DNA from: Adineta vaga
Taxonomy: Eukaryota; Animalia; Rotifera
Reading direction: 5' to 3'
DNA: 64,000 nt
Assembly (NCBI GenBank): GCA_021613535.1
Contig: CP075493.1
Coordinates: 14,074,001-14,138,000, forward strand
The notes beneath the pieces are model-generated. The model had not been told where the DNA came from and did not search any database. It saw only the letters and a list, made by a program, of their open reading frames with translations. Both the position numbers and the translations under genes were made by a program. Shown here piece after piece: positions 39,169 through 51,287 of the stretch. The first letter of the stretch is position 1. Each line of letters begins with the position of its first letter.

Positions 39169-39222
39169 GATTTTCGCATATCTATCTCGTTCCAGCCAAC
39201 TTCATTCAAATCATCAAACTAA

Positions 39223-40294
39223 TCTATATATATAACGAAGAAAGTTTGTCTGTCTGTTCGCTACGCATTCAGTCGCTGTAATAGCCACGATCACCAAACT
39301 TTCTACGATGCTTCTCTAGGCCCACGGGAAGGTCGATATTTACACGTTCCGTATCAAAATATATTGATTTGAGGGTGGGAATCGGTGTCTGGGTGAAATT
39401 TCACCCAAGTCGTATTGAATTTCAATTGTCGTTATTTTGGTAGAAACTTACAGAATGTGCTCCAGTTTTGAGGTTTTTTCATTTGATACTATTTATTTCT
39501 TGCAATAAATATGATAATTAAAGGTTCTTTAATCTATATCTATCTATCTATCTATTTAATCTTCTATATATATATAAAGAAGAAAGTTTGTTCGTTATGC
39601 GTACGTTCCCTCTAACAGCTAACGTCACCAAACTTTCCACAATGCTTCCCTTGATCCAGAGGAAGGTCGACATGGGGTTAGAATGGCCATCAAGGGATGG
39701 GGAGGCGGCGTGTGTGAAATTTCGCTCTCAAAATGGCATATAGGAATGAGGGTGGGTGTGGATGTCTGCATCCAGGATAGACAACTACAAAGCGTGGGTT
39801 GGGTTCTCAAAAAAACTGAATCTGGAGTGAAATGTCTACTCTGCCTGTATAGAGTAGAAGTGAAGTTTATAAAGTAGAGAATGACTTGCAGCGGGACAAT
39901 GGGTGTAGAATGGGGCTGGAGTTGCAGCGGGACAGTAGGAGTGGCTTTAAAAGGAACAGAGCTGTATATCGTATGCATAGCGAGACAAAATCAGTAGGAA
40001 AGAACTAATGAAGAGATGCGAAGTTCTGAAAAGAAGACCTGGTGCATGACGCGAAAAGGGATATAGAAAGGATCTCAGTACGGAAGAGAAAGACGTGTGG
40101 AAGACAGGTAACGTACGCTGAGTGACGACCTGAAAGATTACACTAACTAAGTCAGGGCGGAAAAGGATGGTGCGAGGATCTTTTGATACACGACGGATAA
40201 ATACGAACGGAGAGGTCCTGTGGGTGATAAGAAAAGCACTGCTGTAGATAAAAAACGTAAATTGTGTCGTTTTTGCAGCGGGTATCTCCGTTAG
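39223..40294 (+). mobile_element. Non-autonomous Helitron-like element with two 5' ends (39223 and 39563)
   Basis: Two copies of TCTATATATATAA..GAAGAAAGTTTGT..CACCAAACTTT..GGAAGGTCGA; 3' end GCAGCGGGTATCTCCGTTAG|T resembling CTRR; A|T insertion context; GC-rich interior. Confidence 0.6.
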
Positions 40295-41116
40295 TAACGA
40301 ATAAATTACAATGTACTAATGATTAATATTGATAAATGATTTTATAGGCTCAGAACTGATTGCAAAATCAATATAACAAGAAACAATAATTTCAATGAAG
40401 TAAGCAACTTAAATTTAGACACTTTCTCCTATTTCAGTATTACAATATTCATGATGATCATTTCTATTTCTTAATATGAATATTGATTGAGAGTAAGACA
40501 AAGCCGAATAAAAGTTATAACCCATCTCTATATCTTGAAAATCTTTCTTTGGATAACATTTTATATTATAGTCAATACATTGAATAATCAACAGACATAT
40601 TAATTTTTCTTTAGAGATACAATGCCAAGTCCATGCGAGAAATGGATCCAGTGAATCTTTGTCAAGTAACAAGGATTATTTTATTAGATTCAAATGGAGT
40701 ACAAAGGGAAGCACCGTGTTATTGGAATCCAGACACGATCGACAAAAATACACATACTATTCAGTATGGCCATCATACACAGAACTGAAAAATATCATAT
40801 CATTGTACTCTTTTCAAAGACATATTGTGGTTTGCATTTTCCAAACTAAAACATATCCTTTAGCTTAGTGAATTGGACAAACGATCGAATCATTGTTTGC
40901 AATAACGGACAAAATATAAGCGTCATAAATCTTATACAAGTGTCACAAGGCCATATTCAATATGGTTTTCTTTCTATCTCATTCATTTGTTGAGAAGAGT
41001 TGAAGGATTAGGATGATAGGTAAATTTGATTTATCACTCACACCCACACCCTCAAGTGATAGTGTATTTTTGAGTTCGATGAGTATGAGAGTTTATTTAA
41101 TGTGGAAAACTGTTAT

Positions 41117-41767
41117 TCAAAAATGCATAATACTACAATTTGGATCTGTTATTACATGTGGACAATAGTCAGGTACATCGAAAATACCTTTGGGTAATAA
41201 ATTACGATCTTCAGAATAATATGAAAAATCAGCATGCATAGCATTTAACCAACCAAGACGACAGGGTACACCAGTTGTAACTGATGTTAACCATGAAAAT
41301 GTTGCAACATCTGGCACATCTTTTGTCCATGAATGACATGCATGTTCCATAACTGTCACAATTCCATCGTAAGTTGTTTGATTACCCATTTGTAACCAAT
41401 CTAAAAAAACGCAATTTAACAAAAAACGAGTTTTGTTTTCATTTTTACCGGGTCTTGGTGGCGTTACACCTGTTTGTAGTGGATCAATGCAACAAGTTCT
41501 ATTTGTACGTTCTAATCGCCAAACTGTTGTTCCATTATGCATTATTGTATATGTATAAGTATCTTCTCTCATCAAATTCATAACTTGTGCTGGACGAGTC
41601 CAATCATAGAATATTTGTGTACCTATTGTTTGATTATTGAATAAATAATGTGCACTTCCAGTTGCCATCCAAACCGAAGGCCATCGTGGTGGAGAAGGTG
41701 TTACAGATGAAACAATTGCAATATTATAGACTGTAACGAATAAAACGAGTAATACTTTATGAAACAT
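41117..41767 (-). CDS. Secreted ependymin-related/At4g14100-like protein, 2 exons (intron 41449-41402)
   Basis: Signal peptide; PPRWP, YDW, CC..G..PP.PDWL, C..W.K, F..P.YC pattern; removing the 48-nt intron restores PPRPDWL. Confidence 0.65.
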   Translation of the reverse strand: MFHKVLLVLFVTVYNIAIVSSVTPSPPRWPSVWMATGSAHYLFNNQTIGTQIFYDWTRPAQVMNLMREDTYTYTIMHNGTTVWRLERTNRTCCIDPLQTGVTPPRPGKNENKTRFLLNCVFLDWLQMGNQTTYDGIVTVMEHACHSWTKDVPDVATFSWLTSVTTGVPCRLGWLNAMHADFSYYSEDRNLLPKGIFDVPDYCPHVITDPNCSIMHF

Positions 41768-42890
41768 ATTGACTATCTTGAAAAAAAGTGAGATCACAAC
41801 ACATTTTAAATATCGTTTTGATAACAATCTTTATCAAAAACCGAAGTAGAATGAGTAAATGTATATGACGCATATATTCTTATCTTAGTTTACCTCAGGC
41901 CATATCTCTTCTATGTATATTTATGAATCATATTAGTTGTTAACATATTGTTTTTTGCTGATAGTGCATATTAAGAGTTTCGATGACAATGATAGGCTTA
42001 GTGTTCTTCTAGACCTATCTCTCATGCTTGACAAGTCATTCTTTTATACGAGAAATGTAAGAAAACTCTGACAAGCTACAATATAAAAAATTGGTTCTCT
42101 ATGGTTACTTTATTTTCTGATATAATGATTACAAGTATTAATGTATATACAGAGTCAACGGCACCAATTATGATATAAATATGTCGATGTTTATTGAGAA
42201 TGGAAATCAATGCACACAATTATAAAACTTGATATTTAATATGTAATAAGATAATAAATATATGAAAACATGAGATTTTATCAATATCTAGTAAATAAAT
42301 GTTGAAATGTAGTAATTTATGAAGTTTTATTTTATTTCTATTGTATCATGAAAATTTTCGATCATCTTGACGACCATTATCAACCGAAGAACCTTTTACT
42401 TACAAAGTGATGTGATGAAGCACATATGAAAACGAAAACAGATGTAAAAAGGAAATGATGAAAAATGACGATTTTGACGGGGTGGGTAGTGTAAAGAGGC
42501 TTCTTTCACGCCCACAGCCTGTTCTGTACGCATTTGGAGTGTTGGACTGTGTACTGTGTTGGTGCTATCATTCCGGCATCTATCGTAAGTAAATTTAATC
42601 AGAGTGTTTTAGAACATTGGATAATTTTTTAATTTAGATTGTTTTTGTGAACGGTACAATATATAATCAGCAGCAATCAGAAAATCTAATCGATTCAACA
42701 ACATTTTTTCATGTTTATGCCGCAATGGCAATTGTATTAACGTTGATGGTTTTGATTCGACCAATCCTCTAACTTGGCAATACAATTGCTGATTCTTTCA
42801 GAAACAAACTATCAGCATCAAAAACACAATTAAAACGAATTACTGTTCCGCTCTTCCTACTTCAATTCATATTTTTTGTTTGTTAATATT

Positions 42891-43047
42891 TGTTAACGAT
42901 ATAAACCCTCGACAGAATTACTTTCGTCTTTGTTCTCTCTCTTTCTCTCTCTCTCTCGCTCTTCTTTCTATATAAGGTGATGTATTTTCTCTTTTTGATA
43001 TGATTAATTCTGAATAAAGAAGAAGTCGCTCGACTAGCGAGCTAACA
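42891..43047 (+). repeat. 5' LTR (157 bp)
   Basis: Direct repeat of 53838-53982; contains TATATAA and AATAAA. Confidence 0.95.
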
Positions 43048-43049
43048 TT

Positions 43050-43062
43050 TGGTGCCGTGACC
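43050..43062 (+). promoter_or_regulatory. Primer-binding site, tRNA-His type
   Basis: TGGTGCCGTGACC 2 nt after the LTR; complementary to the 3' end of tRNA-His (GTCACGGCACCA). Confidence 0.8.
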
Positions 43063-43416
43063 GATCTTTTCCTATTTATTCCATCGAAAAAGAATCAAGT
43101 ACCGGGTCTTTTTGAACTCATCCTTTATTAGGAAAGAATGATTATTATCTCATCCGTGACGGAAAGAGAGTCAAGTGAATTCATTAAGTACAAGTATTAA
43201 TTATATGTACTGAAATCATTCAGTCGAAGAAGGTATAGTATTCTTCACATATCTTATTTTCTTTCATCCTTTAAAAACATCTATACGAACACGGTGGACG
43301 GCATTCGAAGAACAACAAAGAGAAGCAGTGCAAACCTTTATCCATACGAAATAATAACATAATCATCAAAACGAACACGTCGGAAAAACACACGTAAAAA
43401 TTTGTCTATATACAAC

Positions 43417-44415
43417 ATGACGAAAGACACCGCATTAAACAATACCTCGACGAACGAAACGCACTCGGACGATATGATGACGAAAAACACCTCGATGCAG
43501 ATGGGAGCAATGAAAAATACCTCGACCGATGTGAAAACGATGGAACTTCGACAATTACATTGCAGTCAACAGGAAGCCATGAAGAAAATTAATGAGTATT
43601 CGGGAGAATCTAATGAATTGGATATTGATGAATGCTTATATGATTTAACTAATTTATTCTCGCTAATGCAAGTGCAAGATGAAACAAAGATATTCTTGAC
43701 GATGGGAAAATTAACCGAATCAGCATTACGATGTTATCAAGGAAATTTAACATCATTTGGTGATTGGAAGGAAGCAGAAGAAGCATTACGAGACCGATTC
43801 AAAACATTTGTATCAGATGGTCAATTAGTACAAGAGTTCTTTCAGCTTCGACAAGAAGACGATCAATCAACTATAGCATTTTATGATACGGTTATGCGCA
43901 AATATCGAAAAGCAAGTGGATTGATTACTGAAAAACAAATTATTACGGTATTACAAGCAGGTGTAAAGCATTCATTAAAGGAACAATTAATTCGAAATGA
44001 ATTAAACATCTCGAAACCTGAAGAATGGCTGCTGATGGCAAGGGAAGAAGAACATATACAACGACGAATTCAACAACGTAATACACCGCCACGAGCAGCA
44101 GCACAGAAACCATATTTCGAATCGACATTACCTGTAGCAACAATCCAACAACCATCATCATATCACCAATATACAAAACCATATGCTGGTGGAGATCAAC
44201 AGCAATATCAACGGTATGAACGACGTTCGAATACAGTACGACAATGACCAACGGATCGGCGAAATACACCTCAACAATCGAAACCATGTCTAGTCTGCAA
44301 TCGAACGAACCATTCAACGATGCAATGTTTTTACAAGAAGGACAGTGGTTGCTTTAGATGTGGACAGTCAAATCATCGAATACGTGATTGTCCTCAACGT
44401 TATTTTTTCGAATAA
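43417..44415 (+). pseudogene. gag: gag with a premature TGA at 44245 ahead of two CCHC knuckles
   Basis: Retrotransposon gag-like core; after the stop the same frame reads CLVCNRTNHSTMQC and CFRCGQSNHRIRDC. Confidence 0.85.
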
Positions 44416-47400
44416 GGGGATCGGTTGATGGCGACGATCCTTGTGGAGCTCAAAAGTCATCATCATCGACAACAACATCAACATCATCACTTACCACAAC
44501 AACATCATCACTTACCACAACAGCATCAACAAGTGCGACATACAATCCAATCTTCGTCAAAATCTTATGCAATAATACTCTACAAAAAGCACTAATCGAT
44601 ACAGAATCGGCCATCACAATAATTCACAAACGCTTACTAAACAAGATCCCATACAAACAATTTATACCACGAACAAAAAATCATTTATCAGCAAGTTCCT
44701 CAGCAGTGAACGTCATCGGCGAAGTATCATTATTCATCAACATTAGTGGAATTACAACACAAGTTACAGCTGATGTAGCAACAGATCTCGTCACAAATTT
44801 AATACTTAGTAGCGATTGGATTCAAACAAACAATGTTTATATTCTTACACCAGAAAAACGTATTATGATCAAAAACCAAGGCAGAGAAGTATCAACTCCC
44901 TTTATTAAACCACCACTTTTGAATTTTTCAGCAACTCTGATTAACTGCATTACACTCTCCCCATTTTCAGAACATGTCGTCGAAGCACAATTACAACAAA
45001 GAAATCTATCCGATGCATTATTTGAACCAAATCCTCGACTACAACATAAAGCATTATTTACAGCATGTACACTTCTTAATGTCAAAGATGGAAAAGTTAA
45101 TATTAGTATCATCAATGCAACGAATCGACAACAAACGCTTTCTGAAGGAACGAAGATTGGTGTGGTCACACAAGTATCAACTGCAGTTAGTCTTATTATA
45201 CCATCAAATTATTCTCAAGAACGCATTCCGCAAGGAAAAGAAGCGAACGAAATACAAGATCCACAATCAGGAAACCTACGAACATCAACAGTAGAAGACA
45301 GTGAACATCGGTGTCGAAGTTGTTCGCAACGATTTGTCACAAAAAATGATTTATTTCACCATCTTAGGGAACAATGTTATCCAGATGAAATACGAGAACA
45401 AATTAAAAAACTAACCGAACACATCGCTAATGATAAACAACGAAATCAAATTACAACTATCCTTTGGAAATATGGCAAATTATTTGACATTAGACAACCG
45501 TCAAAAATCGACATAACTTTGAAAAATGCAATTGATACTGGAACTCATCGACCAATACATACACCACCATACCAAAAATCGAATAAAGATCAAGAAGTTC
45601 TCGTTGAAGAAACACAAAAATTATTACAAAATGATATTATTGAACATTCAACTTCTCCATGGTCTTCCCCTGTAGTATTAGTAAAGAAGAAAGATGGAAC
45701 AACAAGATTTTGTGTTGATTACCGTCGACTCAATCAAATTACAACAAAAGATGCGTTTCCATTGCCAAGAATTGATGATATTTATGATCAATTAACAAAA
45801 GCAACATATTTCAGCAAATTCAATTTCAAGGCAGGTTATTTCCAAGTACCATTAGACAAATCAGATCGATCAAAAACGGCATTCTCGACTCGCGATGGAC
45901 ATTTTCAATTTAAAGTATTACCACAAGGATTAACCAATGGACCACCAACATTTCAACAAATTGTAAATCAAATATTAGATCCAAATCGGTGGAAACATAT
46001 GTTAGCATACATCGATGACATCATTATATATTCACGAACATTTCCTGAACATGCACAACACATTGAAGAAGTATGCTCATTATTGAACGACGTAAACTTC
46101 AAATTAAACATTGTCAAATGTGAGATAGCAAAACCAGAAATATTATTCCTTGGGCACATTATCGAAGCAGGTACAATTAAACCAGATCCCGAAAATATTC
46201 GTGGTTTAGCAGACGCTCGAGAACCAACATCTGCAGAAGAAGCATTTAGATTCGTCAAAGCTGCAGAATATTATCGAAAGTTCATCTCGAAATTCTCCAT
46301 CATCGCTGCACCACTTCATAAATATTCACCAACAACATTACAACAACAACAGAAAGGAAACAAGAAATTAAAATTTGAATTATCAGTAGAAGCAAGAACA
46401 GCATTCCATCGACTCAAGCACATATTAACAACTGATCTTATTCTCAATTTACCTGATGATAATATGCCATTTAAATTACAAACCGATGCATGTGTCGATG
46501 GAATAGGTGCAGTGCTATTACAAATTACTCCAAGTGGTGATCGACCATTAGCATGCATGTCCAAAAAATTAACTAAAACACAACTTAACTGGCCCACAAT
46601 TGAGCAAGAATGTTATGCAATTGTTCAAGCTGTTGAGAAATGGGACAAATATTTACGTGGACATGAATTTATACTTGAAACAGACCATGAACCATTAGTT
46701 AATTTTTCAAACAAAGAACAGTTGAACAAAAGATGTAAACGTTGGAGATTACGATTAGCTGAATATCGCTTCAAGGTGACACATATAGAAAGCAAGAAAA
46801 ACAACATGGCAGATTATCTATCTCGATCACCGGTGGAAGAGGCACAAGAAGATAATGATGATAAAATTAGTTATGAAACAAAATCAACACAAACTGAAAC
46901 ATCATCACCTTTGATAATAACAGCTATTACACGAGCTCAAGCAAAATTACAGAAACCAAATGAGCTCATCCCAGACGGGAAAGAAGCGAAAGATCCATCG
47001 AACGATGATCCGAATAAGATCGTTCCGTTCGATATGGGTAACTTAATGAAACAACAAGAAGAAGATGACATGGTTAAGAGAATTAAAATGAATCTGAAGA
47101 AACACGAACAATATATAATTCAAGATGGAATATTATTCCGAAAACAAAATCCACCACTTCCATCAACAGTACCATTCGTTCCGCAAGGGAGGATGCGTGC
47201 TGATATTTTAAAAATTTATCATGATACACCTGGTAACGGTGCTCATTTCGGTCGTGATAAAACGACAAGAAAAATACACGAACGTTACTATTGGCCAACA
47301 ATGTTAGCAGATATTAAAAATCATATAAATTCATGTTTACCATGTGCACAGAACAATCATCGTCGTCAAAAACCACCAGGCAAATTACAACCAATACCAC

Positions 47401-48259
47401 CACCCGATGGAATATGGAAGTTACTAAGCATGGACTTTCATAGTCCAATAAATCCAACATCACGACGAGACAATCGATACATCAATCATTAACAGACGTC
47501 CTATCAAAATTCGTTATAGCAAAAGCAGTACGTGATTGTTCAGCAAAAACAACAGTTGATTTCCTTACCAACGATGTTATCTTGAAATATGGAACATCAA
47601 CATGCATTTTAACTGATAATGGTACTCACTTCACAGCAGAAACAACGAACAATTTACTCACGAAACTTGGTGTCACTCATTTATATACAACAGCTTATCA
47701 TCCACAAACAAATGGACAAATTGAACGTTTTAATGCAACAATGGATGGGAAAATAGCATCATTATGCAATGATCAGCGTACAGATTGGGATGAAATGTTA
47801 CAATTTGTTACATTTAATTACAATACATCCGTACATGCAACAACAAAACATACACCATTTGAAATGATGCACGGTCGACAAGCTAGTCTTCCATTCGATC
47901 AACAACGGACACTTATTTCACTTACAAACGACACTGAACATGGAGAAAAACTTCGAAATTACCTTGAAAAACTAACAGATGATGCACGAAAAAACATTCA
48001 AAAATCTCAGTAACAATATAAGACTCGATATGATCAACATCGACAAGAATTATCAATCCAAATTAATGATTTAGTCCTGATTAAAACCAGAAATTTTCGA
48101 AACAAATTCGATGTTAGGTACGAAGGTCCATTTCGAATGATCGAACAATTAGGAAGAAAATCATTCATTGTACAACATGCGAAGAAAACAACATTAACAA
48201 AACAAGTTACGATGGATGTCATCGTTCCACTAGTGGAGCGGTGGAATCTATGTGATTAA
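44388..48259 (+). pseudogene. pol: pol (protease, RT, RNase H, integrase) with a frameshift near 47485 and a stop at 48011
   Basis: ALIDTE (protease), RFCVDYRRLN, YIDD, LQTDA, TDH, H..H..C..C, TDNGTHF, HPQTNGQIER, YEGPF. Confidence 0.92.
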
Positions 48260-48819
48260 ACACATCCCAATAGGGAAAGGTGTGAATCGACTATAATAAG
48301 AATTAATCGAATGAAAATGGTCAATTGTACTTATTTGATTAAAATATTTGAATTTGATTTAGCAGTTCATATCGGGGAGATAGGTTTCCCCTTCTCACTG
48401 ATAAGATGAGGCTATCAAAGACATATATACATCATAATCATATATGTATAAGCGACATCTATTTTTTTCTCTTCATATGAACATTTAATCGATATATCAT
48501 TGCGATCACGCGCGGACGACATGATACGACGGATGATTCAGATGGACGAAGTCGATTACCTTACAGGAACACGACACGGTCGATCTCACCACATCACAGA
48601 ACAGGAAAGAAAAAGATGTAAACAAGATCATATAGTCATGCCACTTACATCTATACGCGTACACGAAGACGCGAACATATATATGTACGAATACATATAT
48701 AATCGACAGGAAGGAAAGAAAAAGAAAAGAAAAACAGGAATAAAAAATCCAGGCCAACGAAAATAGAATAAAGAAAAACCTAACCTTTAACCGAATCTTA
48801 GTGCATTTTAGAAACGAAG

Positions 48820-50329
48820 ATGTCTAGACATACATGCAATAACGACAACAACTGGAATGAAACTCGAAAACCAACATCGAAAACGCTAGCAGACAGAAGG
48901 AAAAATGCTAGAAGGATGGAAAAAAATGAACGATTACGAGAACAATATCCTCAATATCGTCCAGCAACAAACGTCAACATCATCCACATCCATCATCGAA
49001 CCAACATCCACATCATCGAACAACTGATAGGTCGAGCAAAAGAAACACCGATATACAATCGACACTGAATCACAATCAAGTCAATCTGGTAATATAGGTC
49101 CATTGGTCCAAATCGAAATGGTGCATTCATGTGATTATTCAACAGTGTTATTGCTCGAAACTTTCCATTTTCCAGATGCAAATTCATCTATGATGGACAA
49201 AATAAAGCAATTATGGTCAATCATCTTCAACTCCGGCAACACGATCATCACCTGGGGTACAATCAGCAATGAATTTAAAGATTTTCATCGATTCGAACGG
49301 ATGAAGATAGGTAAGATCATACGAAAAAATTTACAAGCTTTATTTCAGGATCATCAAGATGAAGAAATCACGCATCTCGAAAGGGAAAGTCGTGAAATGA
49401 AAACCGGAGTATCGTATGATATACCTGGTTATGCTGATTATAATGATGATGATGATGATGACGAAAATGCAAAGAAAATCAAATATTCATTAAAAACAGC
49501 CGTTGAAATGACATTAAAACGATTTATCGACAAATCATTAACACGAAATTCATGGGGTTGTGGTTTGGATTGGGAATTAGGTACATGGCGATGGAAAACA
49601 TTTCAAACAAAATATTATGATATGCAATTAGAAAAACAAACTCGGTTAGATTTGATAAATTATGCTTCATATGATTGTACCTCGGTTACCGAAATCTATT
49701 CGATTATATATCCCGGACGGGCACAGCAAATTACTAATCAACAACAAACAACAACATTCATAGATCGAAATTCAACACCAAAAACCACATCGACAAACCA
49801 TTATTATCAGGATGGCATTTCAGATGTAAGTGATGATGAAATTGAATTATTTGCATCACAAACACAACACATTAATGATCAAGAACTTGAACTAAATGTT
49901 AATCCTGAACCAACAAAAAGAATTAAAACCATTAATAATTATATCGATGATATGGTTAATATTAGTGAAGATGAATTAATCGAAATTCTCAAACCAAAAT
50001 TCGATCCAAAACCACAACAACAAACAACCACCATAAGATTAATCAAACAAGAAAAACAAAAGAAAAAGAACGAAAAGCTCAAATGGAAACGAAAATATCA
50101 ACCGAATTTCCAAAATTACATTATTCGTCCAATATACAATCGGTAAGATTATATGAAGATCAGAGCTCAAATGGTGGAAGATAAGATATACACCAGCCAC
50201 TTCCAAAACATCGATAGAAGAAGGGGTCAGGTGAAAATTGGATTTAGATCAAGTGAAGAAAAAGAAGAAGCAAAATTAAAAATGAAAATAAATTATTTCT
50301 CACGAGAACAATTCTACGCTAGATGGTAA
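48820..50329 (+). pseudogene. ORF3: DEDDy (RNase D-like) 3'-5' exonuclease, with a frameshift near 49045 and a stop at 50144
   Basis: ExoI YTIDTES (~49052), LVQIE, IITWG, NLQ, SLKTAV..IDKSLT..W, ExoIII YASYD. Confidence 0.8.
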
Positions 50330-51287
50330 AAAAAAACAAAAACAAACAAACAAATATGTACGGAAAAACAAATGGAAAAATTGAATGGAATAGACAACAA
50401 CAGCGCCAACTACAAATTCTACTAAGTAAAATTTTTCATTAGTAAATACATTTTCTACTTGAAGTGACTCATCACATTTACAAGAATATTCACAATCAAC
50501 AACATCTTACTACAACAATCAGCTCATCAATGTTTAACCTTCATCATCGATAGATATGGTTCACAATATCATCACATCTGGCTTATCAATCAATCGTACA
50601 AATTAACATTAGTACAAATTTAAATGGAAATTAAATATTTTTCATTGACATGAACTAACACATTACAAATCAACGATGAATCAAGAATTAATATCATATA
50701 AAGGATAAACAGAATTAATTCCATATAATATTCCATCGAATTCAACATATTTAACAAATGAAAAAGATTTACACAATCAAATGATTTAACCAATATTCCA
50801 TGGAAAATCTTGATTACTCAGCTATAATGAAATAAATGGAAGAATAAATTCGTTTCAATTAAATCATTTTTTTCCTCATCATCGAAATGTTAATGATAGT
50901 TCATCAACAACAATTATTCTTTTTGGAGAAGAACTCGGTCTTGATTATAATTCAAATCGTTCAATAGTATGGAAATCAAATAAACCATCAGATGGATTTT
51001 CAAATTGTACAACAAATGGTAATCCACGATTATCTTCATTATTTAATATTAAATCATTTCAAACAAATGTTAAACAGAGAAACAACTGATGGAAATCCAA
51101 ATAAATAGTTATTAGAATTATTTGAATATTTAACAAAATTACGTGAAGAAGATTCATTTCTTTATGGTTTGTAAAAAAATAATATTCCGAAGAATTGAAT
51201 TTATTTTGGTCTATAAGAGAATGTTCTGGTTCATGTAGTAATCTTATTTTCATTAATTTCAATAATGAAGATGAAGATTTACCAAGT

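Noticed and set aside
40415-40960. Small ORFs after the Helitron-like element
   Set aside because: No coherent gene model or motif
42465-42890. Possible membrane-protein gene relic at the LTR insertion site
   Set aside because: Has a splice-like GT-AG pair and hydrophobic stretches, but several stops/frameshifts and no recognisable family
44245-44247. Programmed stop-codon readthrough in gag
   Set aside because: The element has many other inactivating lesions and a separate -1 frameshift signal; a CGA>TGA mutation is simpler
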